Below are positions 29,123-39,181 of a stretch of 64,000 nt of DNA, in pieces (position 1 is the stretch's first letter; the number at the start of each line of letters is the position of its first letter). The notes beneath the pieces were generated by a model. The model was not told where the DNA came from. It saw only the letters and a list, made by a program, of their open reading frames with translations, and made no database searches. Position numbers and translations under genes: made by a program. Source of the DNA: Fidelibacterota bacterium (lineage in GTDB: Bacteria; Fidelibacterota; Marinisomatia; Marinisomatales; Marinisomataceae); assembly GCA_965212055.1 (NCBI GenBank), contig OZ243041.1, positions 896,001 through 960,000 on the forward strand, written 5' to 3'.

Positions 29123-30860
29123 ATTGTAGTTGTTTCTGAAGATCAGTTAATTCTGTTACAAGAGAAATCTCAGGTGAGGAACCATCATCTTCAAGACGTC
29201 TTATTTTATCCCGTAATACTTGAATTTTCTGTTTAATAGGTTCTTGTTCTAAGATTAAGACACAATCTTTTAAAATTTGATCCTGGCTTCCCTTTTCAGG
29301 TGAATGAATAGCAAAACTAGCGATTAAGTTTCGTTCTTCAGGAGTCCCTCCAGTTATTTCAAGTAATTGACTAATGGTATAATTTTTATCAATATTTTTG
29401 ATAAGCGTTTTCATCACATTTTGTAATAAAGCATTGCTAAATAATTCAATTGCAATTTCTTTAATAAAGGTTGGATAATGTAATCCAAGTTTAATGAGTT
29501 CTAATTGTGCTTTATCTGATAGAGAAGTATAATGAGTTTCTTGTACTTTGCTTTTATCTCCAACCTCTGGACGATATATTTTTGTTTTAATTGATTTAAA
29601 TCGATTCAGAATTTCTGTTTCAGGAATGGAAATCTCATTAGACAATTTCCTAATTAAATCATCTCTAATAATTGAGTCAGATACCATTTTAATTTCACCA
29701 AGACATTCATCAACAAAGAGGGATCGTTGTGTTGCACTTTGTTTTAAAATTTCCTTTTGTTTTACAATAAATGCAATTGGGTGAAGAGAGGTTTTGATTA
29801 ATTGTTTGAATTCTTTTTTACTGTTTTTTTCTTTTTGGAAAAAATCGTCTGGATCATAGTCATTACCAAAAAATAGTACACGCGTTTCTATGCCTTGTTG
29901 TAATAAAGCATAACTCGCACGTATAGCAGCATTAACGCCTGCATCATCAGAATCATAAGCAAGAATAGCTCGACTAGTATGTTTTTTAAGTACAGCAGCA
30001 TGTTTAGCGGAAAATGCAGTTCCTGATGTAGCAATTGCATTAGAAAAACCATTCTCTACCAAACGAAGATAATCAGTTTGTCCTTCTACTAAAATTGCAA
30101 AATTTTGTTTTCGTATATTTGGCAATGTTTGGTATGCCCCATAAAAAATTTTGCTTTTTTGAAATAAAAATGTCTCAGGTGAATTAAGATATTTAATATC
30201 ATCATCTGGAGATAAAGTTCTACCACTAAAACCAATTATTTTTCCTGAAAGATTAAAAAATGGAAACATTAATCTATTTCTGAACCGATCTACTAATCCT
30301 TTTTTAGATTCAGAAAATAAACCAGATTTCTTTAAAATATCTTCATCAAATTTCCCTTTAACTTCTTTAAATAAACTATCCCAACTATCAAGGGAAATTC
30401 CTAATCGATATTGTTTAATCGTAGCATCACTAAACTGCCGTTTTTTCAGATATTTTTTACCGCTACTAGCTTTAGCAGATTTAATATTATTTTCAAAATA
30501 AATACATGCTAGTTCATGGATCTCATATAGCTGGTCATACAGATTATCTTGTTCTTTATCCCCAATTTCTATTATTTCAATTCCATATTTTTTAGCAAGC
30601 GATCGTACTGCCTCTGCAAAACCAATACGTTCATGTTCTATTAAGAATTGGATGGCATTTCCGCCTTGACCTGATCCGAAATCATACCACATATTTTTAT
30701 CAGCAGCGACACTAAATGAAGGTTTTGTTTCTGATCTAAAAGGACTTAAACCAAAATAGTTTTTCCCTCTTTTTTTGAGATCTACATATTGTGAAATCAC
30801 CTCAAGAATATCTACTTCATCTAAAACTCTATTAATGGTTTCTTGTGCAATTCTTCCCAT
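29121..30860 (-). CDS. dnaG: DNA primase
   Basis: DRFRNRLMFP, GFSGR, KYLNSPET, TOPRIM VEGQTD and YDSDDAG. Confidence 0.96.
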   Translation of the reverse strand: MGRIAQETINRVLDEVDILEVISQYVDLKKRGKNYFGLSPFRSETKPSFSVAADKNMWYDFGSGQGGNAIQFLIEHERIGFAEAVRSLAKKYGIEIIEIGDKEQDNLYDQLYEIHELACIYFENNIKSAKASSGKKYLKKRQFSDATIKQYRLGISLDSWDSLFKEVKGKFDEDILKKSGLFSESKKGLVDRFRNRLMFPFFNLSGKIIGFSGRTLSPDDDIKYLNSPETFLFQKSKIFYGAYQTLPNIRKQNFAILVEGQTDYLRLVENGFSNAIATSGTAFSAKHAAVLKKHTSRAILAYDSDDAGVNAAIRASYALLQQGIETRVLFFGNDYDPDDFFQKEKNSKKEFKQLIKTSLHPIAFIVKQKEILKQSATQRSLFVDECLGEIKMVSDSIIRDDLIRKLSNEISIPETEILNRFKSIKTKIYRPEVGDKSKVQETHYTSLSDKAQLELIKLGLHYPTFIKEIAIELFSNALLQNVMKTLIKNIDKNYTISQLLEITGGTPEERNLIASFAIHSPEKGSQDQILKDCVLILEQEPIKQKIQVLRDKIRRLEDDGSSPEISLVTELTDLQKQLQ

Positions 30861-30861
30861 A

Positions 30862-31341
30862 TTATGAAGGTATTGTTATTGATTGATTAATACAATCTTT
30901 CATAGGATTAAGTAAAGAAATGATTTTTGACTCTTCTGTAAGCATAGTATATATATTGTTTGATATATAATTATCAAAAAACCATAAAAAAACAACTAAT
31001 AATAGTATTCCTTTTAATATGCCAAATAGAAACCCAAATAATTGATTCGCCACTGAAAAAATATTTGAATTTTCATAAAGAAATGATAAAACACTTGTTA
31101 TAAACCGAACTCCCATAATAGTGATAATAAAAATAATAATAGCAGAAAAAAATTGAGTTAGTTCCATATTGATATTAATAAAAGAGTGTAATTTTATAGT
31201 TAAATCTACATAAAAAGACATTGCTAGCCATATTGCAAGACCAATACCAATAAATTCTGAAATTTCATCTAAAAATCCTTTTTTACTTCCTGAAATACCA
31301 ATAAATAAAATTAGAATTGAAAAAAGAATATCAACAACCAT
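30862..31341 (-). CDS. CvpA (colicin V production) family membrane protein
   Basis: D..F....KKGFLDEI and NQLFGFLFGILKG; about 4 TMs. Confidence 0.8.
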   Translation of the reverse strand: MVVDILFSILILFIGISGSKKGFLDEISEFIGIGLAIWLAMSFYVDLTIKLHSFININMELTQFFSAIIIFIITIMGVRFITSVLSFLYENSNIFSVANQLFGFLFGILKGILLLVVFLWFFDNYISNNIYTMLTEESKIISLLNPMKDCINQSITIPS

Positions 31342-31347
31342 GGCTAT

Positions 31348-31785
31348 TTAAGATAATTTTGATTTTAAGATTGCTTGGGCCATACTACCATCAATCTTGC
31401 CTGCACCTTTTTTCATCACTTGAGGCATTACCTTTCCAAAATCTGCCATTGTAGTTGCACCAGTTTCTTTAATGATGGAGATGACGATTGTTGTGACTTC
31501 ATTTTCATCCATCATTGATGGTAAATATTTCTCTACAATATCAAGTTCGGCTTGTTCTTGTATCACCAAATCTTCTCTATCACCATCTTTATACATTTTA
31601 ATAGATTCTTTGTGTTGTTTGGCTGTTTTTTGTATTACTTGTAGAATTTGTTTATCATCCAATGAAGATCCAACTTCAATTACTTTATTTTTTAACTTCG
31701 AAATTAAGAGCCTTAGGGTATTAGCTTTTACTTTCTCTCCATTTTTGAGAGCAGTTTTCATATCATTTTGAATTTGGTCAAGCAT
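31348..31785 (-). CDS. GatB/YqeY domain protein
   Basis: DMKTALK, ESIKMY..GDREDL, YLP, DFGKVM. Confidence 0.9.
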   Translation of the reverse strand: MLDQIQNDMKTALKNGEKVKANTLRLLISKLKNKVIEVGSSLDDKQILQVIQKTAKQHKESIKMYKDGDREDLVIQEQAELDIVEKYLPSMMDENEVTTIVISIIKETGATTMADFGKVMPQVMKKGAGKIDGSMAQAILKSKLS

Positions 31786-31788
31786 ATG

Positions 31789-32532
31789 TTATTTCCCTTC
31801 ATTTATACGTTTCATAGATAGTAATAATTTATCTCGATTGGATTCAAAACCAATAAATCTTCTTCCAGATTTTTTAGACACTAAACCAACGCTCCCAGAA
31901 TTCATAAATGGATCAACCACCCAATTTAATTTAAAACTACTAGATTTTAGTATTCTGTTAATCACTTCATAATAATCTAAGTGGAACCATAAATTGCTTT
32001 TTGAATCTTGGTTTTTTTCATCTTCTACAATCTTACCATCTACTACATAATTTTGATTAAAAATATAATCGTTTGTTTTGGTAGCAAACCAGATATCAAA
32101 TAGTTCATTTTCCCATTTGGATTGACTAGAATCAGAATTTTCATTGTTGCGTTCTATGGTAATACGCGATTGTACATGAAATTTTTTTGATAATAAGGAA
32201 TGATACATACCAGAAGATTCCCAAGGACAAAAAATATAGATTGAACCAGTAGATTTTAGTACACGACTTGATTCTGTAAGCCAAACCTCCATCCAATCTA
32301 AATAATTTGTATAGGTTGGAGAATTTTTCTTTGTTTTTTCGTTTTTAGGCCCATTTGAAGGTTCTGTAATGATTAAATCAATTGATTCATTAGGCAGTTC
32401 AACAAGACCATCAATTGCATCTGATAGAAAAACTCCTTCAGACAATTTGTTTTTAAATCGCATATCTTCATTTGTTTTAATAGCAGGTAAATAGCGATCT
32501 AAGTCTTTTACTGTTAAAATATCAGAATGCAT
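31789..32532 (-). CDS. Beta-class N4/N6 DNA methyltransferase homologue with degenerate catalytic motif
   Basis: LPNESIDLIIT(EPSN), RVLKSTGSIY, VVDPFMNSGS, GRRFIGFE. Confidence 0.75.
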   Translation of the reverse strand: MHSDILTVKDLDRYLPAIKTNEDMRFKNKLSEGVFLSDAIDGLVELPNESIDLIITEPSNGPKNEKTKKNSPTYTNYLDWMEVWLTESSRVLKSTGSIYIFCPWESSGMYHSLLSKKFHVQSRITIERNNENSDSSQSKWENELFDIWFATKTNDYIFNQNYVVDGKIVEDEKNQDSKSNLWFHLDYYEVINRILKSSSFKLNWVVDPFMNSGSVGLVSKKSGRRFIGFESNRDKLLLSMKRINEGK

Positions 32533-32595
32533 AACTGTCGGAATTTAACTTTATAAATCTAATTTAAAAATTGTAAGTTTATTCTCTTAGTCAAT

Positions 32596-33474
32596 ATGGA
32601 AAAAATAAAAATTGTAATGAGTAAACTTCCATCAATACCTTGGTGGGGAGACGGGATTACAGCATATCCTGATAATGATATGATGAAAGCGGGAGTTATA
32701 CCAAATCACACCCATGTAATCAAAGAACATAAAGCATTGGTAAAAGTTATTAGTGATTTAGAATTTGATATTATATTTGTTCCTTTTTCAGAACAATTAG
32801 AAAATGCTAAAAAGTTTGATTTTGTATTTACAAGAGACCATTTCCTATGCAATCAAAATAAAGAGGTTGTTATTTGCAATATGCGTCTTCCTCAACGCTT
32901 AGAAGAAACAGATTTTGTAAAGGACACATTAGGAAAATTAGGGTATACCATCAAAACACTTCCAAAAAATGAATGTATTGCAGAAGGAGGTGAATTTTTT
33001 TATCTATCAAATGAAAATATATTGTTGTCTGGATGTTCTCGTAATAACAAAGCTGGAGCTGAAACAATGGCAGAATTAATGGGAGTAAATTCGCTCAATA
33101 TTATATATTCACAAGGATACCATCTCGATACTGCAATTTCCCCCATATTTGACTCTAGTAATAATTGTATTGCTTTGATGTGTGCAAAAGAAGTGTTTGA
33201 TGATAATAATTACAAATTACTACAAACATTATGTAAACAGCATAATTGGGAACTCTTAAGCCAATATCATTCGAATAAAGAAGAATCTCTTAATGCCAGA
33301 ACAGCAATGAATTGCTTAACTCTTCCTGGTCTTTTAGTAGGAACAAGTATGATTGAAGATAAAAGAATTATGGAATTTGTTAGAACAAATCAAATTGAAC
33401 TTATTGTAACTAGTGTATCACAATTTAACTTAAGCGGTGGATCAGTGCATTGCTTAACAAACGAATTATTTTAA
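32596..33474 (+). CDS. Amidinotransferase / dimethylarginine dimethylaminohydrolase family
   Basis: VFTRD, EGGE, YHLDT, GGSVHCLT. Confidence 0.85.
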   Translation: MEKIKIVMSKLPSIPWWGDGITAYPDNDMMKAGVIPNHTHVIKEHKALVKVISDLEFDIIFVPFSEQLENAKKFDFVFTRDHFLCNQNKEVVICNMRLPQRLEETDFVKDTLGKLGYTIKTLPKNECIAEGGEFFYLSNENILLSGCSRNNKAGAETMAELMGVNSLNIIYSQGYHLDTAISPIFDSSNNCIALMCAKEVFDDNNYKLLQTLCKQHNWELLSQYHSNKEESLNARTAMNCLTLPGLLVGTSMIEDKRIMEFVRTNQIELIVTSVSQFNLSGGSVHCLTNELF

Positions 33475-34464
33475 TTATTTATCTTTAAAAAATTCCCAAA
33501 TTAATTCAGAGCTATTTAAATCATCTCCCCAATCTTGGTGAAACCAAGTATGCCCTTCATATTCCATTTTATAGAGAACCACATCAGTATTGTCATCACA
33601 ATTATAAGAAATAAATTGGGTAGATTGCAGGCCATCATTGTTAAAATCTGGGACAGTTATTTGAGATTGATCCTGGCAATTATTGTTATTAGCCCAAAAA
33701 TTATGTACAGTCTCTACTGGTACAGACCAAGAGGTACCATTATAGGGAACAACAGTGTCAGCATTGCCATGAAAATGAATAATATTCTTCTTATTTGGTG
33801 GATTACAAGTATAGTATGCAGCATGTGAACCTGTAACTGAGCCAATTCCATTAATTTCTTCAAGTTCACAAGCAAGTCTATAGCTCATAAACCCTCCTAA
33901 TGACATCCCACATGAAAAAATTTTATCGGAATTAATATTATAGTCTGTTTTAAAATAATCAATCAATGCTTTAAAAAATCCAACATCATCTACACCATCA
34001 AATGTACCAACTACATTAACATCCCAACCAGTGGTACCAGTTAGATCTGTAGTCCCCTGCACATAAACTGCAATAAAATTTTCCTGGTCAGCAATTTGAT
34101 CAAATCCTGAATAATTATGAATAACACTGGCACTACTAGTATATCCATGAAGAACAAACAACAAAGGAATAGAATAGTTTGGATCAAAGTTTGGTGGTAC
34201 ATGCACGATAAAGGTACGTTGATGAGATCCCCAAGTCGTTGAAAATAACTTGGTTTGTTCATCTAATGGGTACATTAGTTGTACATCAAGTTCAGTAGTA
34301 TCACTACCGCCATTACCACCGCTACCGCCATTACCACCATTACCGCTACTATCAGAAGGGTCTACAAAACCAGTAGGTTTTGTGATCATACTGTCCTTAC
34401 CAGAACAATTAATAAAAATAAAACATAATAGGATGATGATTATGGATTTACGATTTAGTATCAT
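33475..34464 (-). CDS. Alpha/beta hydrolase lipoprotein (PHB depolymerase/LpqC-like esterase)
   Basis: Lipobox-like FINC, LHGY, DDVGF, GMSLGG, HGNAD, GHTW. Confidence 0.85.
   Translation of the reverse strand: MILNRKSIIIILLCFIFINCSGKDSMITKPTGFVDPSDSSGNGGNGGSGGNGGSDTTELDVQLMYPLDEQTKLFSTTWGSHQRTFIVHVPPNFDPNYSIPLLFVLHGYTSSASVIHNYSGFDQIADQENFIAVYVQGTTDLTGTTGWDVNVVGTFDGVDDVGFFKALIDYFKTDYNINSDKIFSCGMSLGGFMSYRLACELEEINGIGSVTGSHAAYYTCNPPNKKNIIHFHGNADTVVPYNGTSWSVPVETVHNFWANNNNCQDQSQITVPDFNNDGLQSTQFISYNCDDNTDVVLYKMEYEGHTWFHQDWGDDLNSSELIWEFFKDK
34302..34350. repeat. Imperfect 9-bp tandem repeat encoding a GGN/GGS linker
   Basis: ctaccgccattaccaccgctaccgccattaccaccattaccgcta. Confidence 0.7.
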
Positions 34465-35050
34465 TAATAATTTTTTGTATTAGTTTTTCAATCTCAGATT
34501 CAAATTTAGCAAGAGAAGAATTATTTTCAATAATATAATCTGCATATTCTCTTTTCTTTTCATCTGGCCATTGCAGTTTAATACGGTCTTGAATGGTGTC
34601 TAATGATAAATTTCCTCTAGCTAAAGCACGTTCAATACGAACAGATTCAGGACTTGTAATTAGAATAAGAGGAACATTGGATTCATTATAATATTGATAA
34701 GAGCCACTTTCAATAATCAAAGCAGCATCAACAACAAAGATAGGGTGTTGGTTTTCATCACGAATTTTTTCAATTCTTTTTAAGGTTTCTTTATTTACAG
34801 CTGGATGAATGATTTGATTCAATTTTTTTTGAGACTCTTTATTGGCAAAAACTACTTTTGCTAATGATTCAAGAGTAATACTATCTAACGTAGGAAAAGC
34901 GTCTAAAACTATTTGTGATATTTCTTTAGTGAATAAGAGTTTCTTGGCTTCTTCATCTGCATCAAAAATATATGCATTATATTTCTTACAAACATTGGAT
35001 GCTACACTTTTTCCAGAAGCAATCCCTCCCGTAATACTTATAACAATCAT
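34448..35050 (-). CDS. coaE: Dephospho-CoA kinase
   Basis: ITGGIASGKS, FDAD, IIHP, ADYIIEN. Confidence 0.93.
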   Translation of the reverse strand: MIVISITGGIASGKSVASNVCKKYNAYIFDADEEAKKLLFTKEISQIVLDAFPTLDSITLESLAKVVFANKESQKKLNQIIHPAVNKETLKRIEKIRDENQHPIFVVDAALIIESGSYQYYNESNVPLILITSPESVRIERALARGNLSLDTIQDRIKLQWPDEKKREYADYIIENNSSLAKFESEIEKLIQKIINDTKS

Positions 35051-35601
35051 TATTGTATCTTTTCTAAAATACGATGGGTGACTTCTTCAATAGCTCCTTT
35101 ACCATCAATGGTAAGAAGTTCATCTTGATAAAATTTAATTAATGGTGCAGTAAGTTTTGAATAAACTTTTTGACGATTGATGATTACCTCTTCCGTATCA
35201 TCGGTTCTACCAGAGTTTTTTGCTCTATTGATTAACCGATTAACTAAAATATCTTTATCAACATGAACATTAATAACATAATCAATTTGCAAATCAAGTT
35301 TATTAAAGATTGCTTCTAGTCCTTCGGCTTGAGGAATCGTTCTAGGAAATCCATCTAAGACAATTCCTACTCCTTTTAAGGTAGTTAAAGTGTTTTCCAT
35401 GATTGATAATAATACATCATCTGGTACAAGAAAACCCTGATCCATATAACTTTTTGCTTTTAAACCAATATCGCTTTGATTATCAATTTCGTGACGCAAC
35501 ATATCTCCAGTCGATAAATGCATAAGGTTGTACTTTTCAGCTAAAATCTTAGCCTGGGTACCTTTCCCTGCTCCTGGTGGTCCCATAATAAGGAAGTTCA
35601 T
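35050..35601 (-). CDS. adk: Adenylate kinase, short-LID type
   Basis: GPPGAGKGTQA, HLSTGDMLR, LDGFPRT, GRTDD; start at ATG 35601. Confidence 0.95.
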   Translation of the reverse strand: MNFLIMGPPGAGKGTQAKILAEKYNLMHLSTGDMLRHEIDNQSDIGLKAKSYMDQGFLVPDDVLLSIMENTLTTLKGVGIVLDGFPRTIPQAEGLEAIFNKLDLQIDYVINVHVDKDILVNRLINRAKNSGRTDDTEEVIINRQKVYSKLTAPLIKFYQDELLTIDGKGAIEEVTHRILEKIQ

Positions 35602-35602
35602 A

Positions 35603-36076
35603 TTATTGTTGCATTGCCTTTGGTTTATCAAAAATTGTGTGCATAATAATACCAAGCTTTAATGGATTATTAGAATATTTTTCTTGTAATATTTTTACTT
35701 TAGATTGCGCATGAAAAAAATCATACTTAGTTCGAGTATGCTTAATTCTTGATTGTAAAGTCCCTAAATGACGATCATCCACCTTGCTCATATCATGCAT
35801 ATCATCAAAATGTTCCTCAAAACTTGGTTCAATATGATGCATAGATTGATCTTGAACCGGTTGAGGGATTTTAACTTCTTTTACTTCTGTTTCCATTTTT
35901 TCAAATGCATCATTGAGAAAATCTAACACACTTTTTGTTTGAGGTGGGGGAACATCAGGAATAGTGTCCTCTATTTCTTTTTCAATAGGGGGTGGAATTA
36001 CTTTTTTCTTTCGACTTCTATATGCAGAAAAAAGATAAAACGCTAAGATAACAAGCCAATAAAATAACTCTTCCAA
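35603..36076 (-). CDS. Hypothetical single-TM protein in the YqfB-like position after floA
   Basis: N-terminal TM helix; C-terminal GII..IFDKPKA; operon position. Confidence 0.6.
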   Translation of the reverse strand: MEELFYWLVILAFYLFSAYRSRKKKVIPPPIEKEIEDTIPDVPPPQTKSVLDFLNDAFEKMETEVKEVKIPQPVQDQSMHHIEPSFEEHFDDMHDMSKVDDRHLGTLQSRIKHTRTKYDFFHAQSKVKILQEKYSNNPLKLGIIMHTIFDKPKAMQQ

Positions 36077-36082
36077 ACTGTA

Positions 36083-37051
36083 TTATTCCTCGGAACTGTC
36101 CTGTTCTTCACTGGTACCAGCAATTGATTGTCTCATGCTAGTATCGGAAGCAATATTATTAAGCTTATAGTAATCTATAACTCCTAAATTACCTTCCCGG
36201 AATGCGTGTGCCATTGCCTTTGGAACTTCAGATTCAGCTTCAACAACCTTTGCTTTCATTTCTTGTTCAAGTGCAACCGCCATTGCTCTTCTGGTTTCTG
36301 CCTTGGCTTGTGCTACACGCAAATCTGCTTCTGCTTGGTCCGCTTGAAGTTGAGCACCGATATTTTTACCAACATCAATGTCAGCAATATCAATTGACAA
36401 AATTTCAAACGCAGTTCCTTGATTTAATCCTTTATTGAGTACATTTTTTGAGATTGAATCAGGATTTTCTAAAACTGCTTCATAATTTTCTTTGGAACCA
36501 ATTGCACTGACAATACCTTCACCAACTCTTGCAATAATAGTGTCTTCTGTAGCGCCTCCAACTAAATTTGGAATATCGGTTCTTACTGTTACTCTTGCTC
36601 GAGCTCTTACTTCAATTCCATCTTTAGCAACTGCTGATAATTTTCCATCTACTGGTGCATCAATTACTTTTGGATATACACTAGTTTGTACAGCAGATAA
36701 TACGTCTCGTCCTGCTAAATCAATAGCAGTAGCAATTTCAAAGGTAAGATCAATGCCAGCTTTAGAGGCGGCAATTAATGCATCTACAACCTTATCAACA
36801 TTCCCTCCAGCCATGTAATGTACTTCTAAATCTGAACTTGAAACTTGATCTATCCCAGCTTTATTAGAGGCAATTAAACCATTAACAATGATGCTAGGGG
36901 GTACTCTTCTAAACCTCATACCAATTAAACTAAAAATTGTTACATGTCCTCCTCCAATACTAAAAATAGCTTGTAACCATAATCCAACTGGTACAATCCA
37001 TAATAGTACGATAATAAATAATACTAACGGTATGGCAACATAAAGTCCCAT
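36083..37051 (-). CDS. floA: Flotillin-like protein FloA (YqfA/UPF0365)
   Basis: [44 protein letters not shown]. Confidence 0.93.
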   Translation of the reverse strand: MGLYVAIPLVLFIIVLLWIVPVGLWLQAIFSIGGGHVTIFSLIGMRFRRVPPSIIVNGLIASNKAGIDQVSSSDLEVHYMAGGNVDKVVDALIAASKAGIDLTFEIATAIDLAGRDVLSAVQTSVYPKVIDAPVDGKLSAVAKDGIEVRARARVTVRTDIPNLVGGATEDTIIARVGEGIVSAIGSKENYEAVLENPDSISKNVLNKGLNQGTAFEILSIDIADIDVGKNIGAQLQADQAEADLRVAQAKAETRRAMAVALEQEMKAKVVEAESEVPKAMAHAFREGNLGVIDYYKLNNIASDTSMRQSIAGTSEEQDSSEE

Positions 37052-37116
37052 TACTCCTCCTTTATATTCTTCTGTTTACTATACAATTTATTCATAAAAA
37101 CTAACATAAATAAGCA

Positions 37117-38319
37117 CTATACCTTTGATCTTTTATCATAGTTGTCTTTTAAGGTTGCTTTATTTGAATCTTTGGTAATCAATTTTTGAAACATTTTTGA
37201 TTGTGATATTAGACGAATTAACATAATCAATACAATAATACCTCCAACAATTGCCCAAGCAAAACCATCTAGTGCTGCTGAATATATTTCATCACTCACG
37301 GGAACATCAGGAATTAACAATAAATATAAACCATAAAATAAAATTATTAATCCTGCTATACCCAAAACACCAAATCCAGGTACAGCTACAAACTCTAATA
37401 CTAATAGAGCTAATCCTGCAAAAATAATTAACAAATCTGTAGCTGAAGCAAGCTTAGTTAAATAACCAGCCCCTAATGCTAATGTTAAACAAATTATCCC
37501 AATAGTTCCTCCAATACCCCATCCTGCACTATATAATTCAGAAATAATTCCAATGGTACCAAAAGTAGTTAATAGAGAAGAAACAACAGGATCTGTAAGA
37601 ATACGTACTAGGTCTTCGGACCAATTTTCATCCAAAGTAACGATATTATAATTGTCTATGTTCAAATCTGTAAGAATCTCTTCAATGGATTCGCTTGTTC
37701 CATCCGCAATGTGATACTTGAGAGCAAGTTCGGTCGTAAGTGTAATTAATTTTCCTTCTTTACGACCTTCTATATCATCTACTTTAATAGAATCGCCTTC
37801 AATTATAAGATATTCGAAACTTAATTCTTCATCAACCATTCCACGAGCAATAGTAGTGTTTTTTCCAGATTGTTCTGCAGTAGCAGCCATTTCTTCTCTC
37901 ATATAGCTTTGAGATTTTTCGGCTTGTTTTTCACCGCTCATATCTACTACGCTTGTAGCACCAATTGTCGCTCCAGATGTCATATAGATTTTATTACATG
38001 AAAGGGAGATAAGAGAACCTGCAGAAATAGCACGTTTATTAATAAATGCAATAGTTTGAATCTCAGTACTAGAAATTGAATCTTTTATTTGTGTTGCTGC
38101 ATCAACCCGACCACCAAAAGTTTTAATATCAAAAATAATAAGTTCTGCATTATTCTTTTCAGCAGCATTGATGGCACGATTGACAAAAGCAGGAATACCT
38201 AAATCAATTGTATCGTGGATTGGAACAACATATACTTGTGTTTTACTATTGCTAGCAATGGTAGTGCTAAAAATAACACATAAAATAAATACCACAAGCT
38301 TGTTAAATTTTGTTTTCAT
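37117..38319 (-). CDS. NfeD-like membrane serine protease (YqeZ-like), lacking the C-terminal OB domain
   Basis: TFGGRVDAA, AISAGSLI, LITLT, PGFGVLGI. Confidence 0.85.
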   Translation of the reverse strand: MKTKFNKLVVFILCVIFSTTIASNSKTQVYVVPIHDTIDLGIPAFVNRAINAAEKNNAELIIFDIKTFGGRVDAATQIKDSISSTEIQTIAFINKRAISAGSLISLSCNKIYMTSGATIGATSVVDMSGEKQAEKSQSYMREEMAATAEQSGKNTTIARGMVDEELSFEYLIIEGDSIKVDDIEGRKEGKLITLTTELALKYHIADGTSESIEEILTDLNIDNYNIVTLDENWSEDLVRILTDPVVSSLLTTFGTIGIISELYSAGWGIGGTIGIICLTLALGAGYLTKLASATDLLIIFAGLALLVLEFVAVPGFGVLGIAGLIILFYGLYLLLIPDVPVSDEIYSAALDGFAWAIVGGIIVLIMLIRLISQSKMFQKLITKDSNKATLKDNYDKRSKV

Positions 38320-38347
38320 TGCTAACACAAAGATTTACATTATAAAA

Positions 38348-39181
38348 ATGTATTGGTTTCTAAAATTTTATTCTTTTTGTTTGGAAAAATTGCCAAAACT
38401 CTTCCTCAAAATTAACTATAAAATACATTATTTTCTACTATTCCATATTCTAAAACTAAGAAAAGAAATGGCCATAGAAAATCTTAGAAGCGCCTTTCCA
38501 GAAAAAGACAATAATTGGCATAATACAATGATTAAAAAATGTTATCAATTTTATGTGGAAGAGGTTGTCGATTTCCTCAGTAAATATGCATATTTTGATT
38601 CAGAAAAAGTTCATCTAAACAATGTTCATATTCTTGATGAAGCACTACAAGAAGAAAAAGGGATTATTTTAGTCAGTGGACATTTTGGATCATTCCATAA
38701 ATTGTTTGTTGCGATGGCAAAAAATGGTTATAAGAATATTGCAGGTATATCATACAAGCAAAATAATCGTGAAGCTTCGAAGTTTTTTTTAGAACTAAGG
38801 AAGCCATATATAGCAAATGAAATGCATAAGGGAGGTCCAAGCAGTGAAGTAAAAAAATCATTACAAAATAACGAGATGCTTATACTTCTAAGTGATCAAG
38901 ACGCAGGGAAAAAAGGTATTTTTGTGGATTTTTTTAATAAGCCTTCTTCTACTCCTTCTGGAGCAGCAAGATATCATCAAACAATGGGAAGTCCACTTAT
39001 TTTCTTTTCAATGGTCAAAACTAATAACCGCCACGAAGCCAACTTTGAAAGGATAGATACAACGAATATGAGCATTGAAGATACGGTGCAAAAATATACT
39101 TCGATGCTTGAACAAAGGATTAGAAAATATCCTGAACAATATTTTTGGCCTCATAAACGCTGGAAAACAAAACCACAATGA
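38348..39181 (+). CDS. Lipid A biosynthesis acyltransferase family (LpxL/HtrB-like)
   Basis: ENLRSAFPE, GHFG, SDQD, VDFF, YPEQYFWPHKRWK; start at ATG 38348. Confidence 0.85.
   Translation: MYWFLKFYSFCLEKLPKLFLKINYKIHYFLLFHILKLRKEMAIENLRSAFPEKDNNWHNTMIKKCYQFYVEEVVDFLSKYAYFDSEKVHLNNVHILDEALQEEKGIILVSGHFGSFHKLFVAMAKNGYKNIAGISYKQNNREASKFFLELRKPYIANEMHKGGPSSEVKKSLQNNEMLILLSDQDAGKKGIFVDFFNKPSSTPSGAARYHQTMGSPLIFFSMVKTNNRHEANFERIDTTNMSIEDTVQKYTSMLEQRIRKYPEQYFWPHKRWKTKPQ

Noticed and set aside
34302..34350. Short tandem repeats (also 61172-61215) as CRISPR or mobile repeats
   Set aside because: In-frame 9-bp coding repeats with no spacers and no cas genes
38168..38347. N-terminal 60 aa of the track's acyltransferase ORF
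   Set aside because: Overlaps the divergent nfeD gene; ATG 38348 gives a normal length
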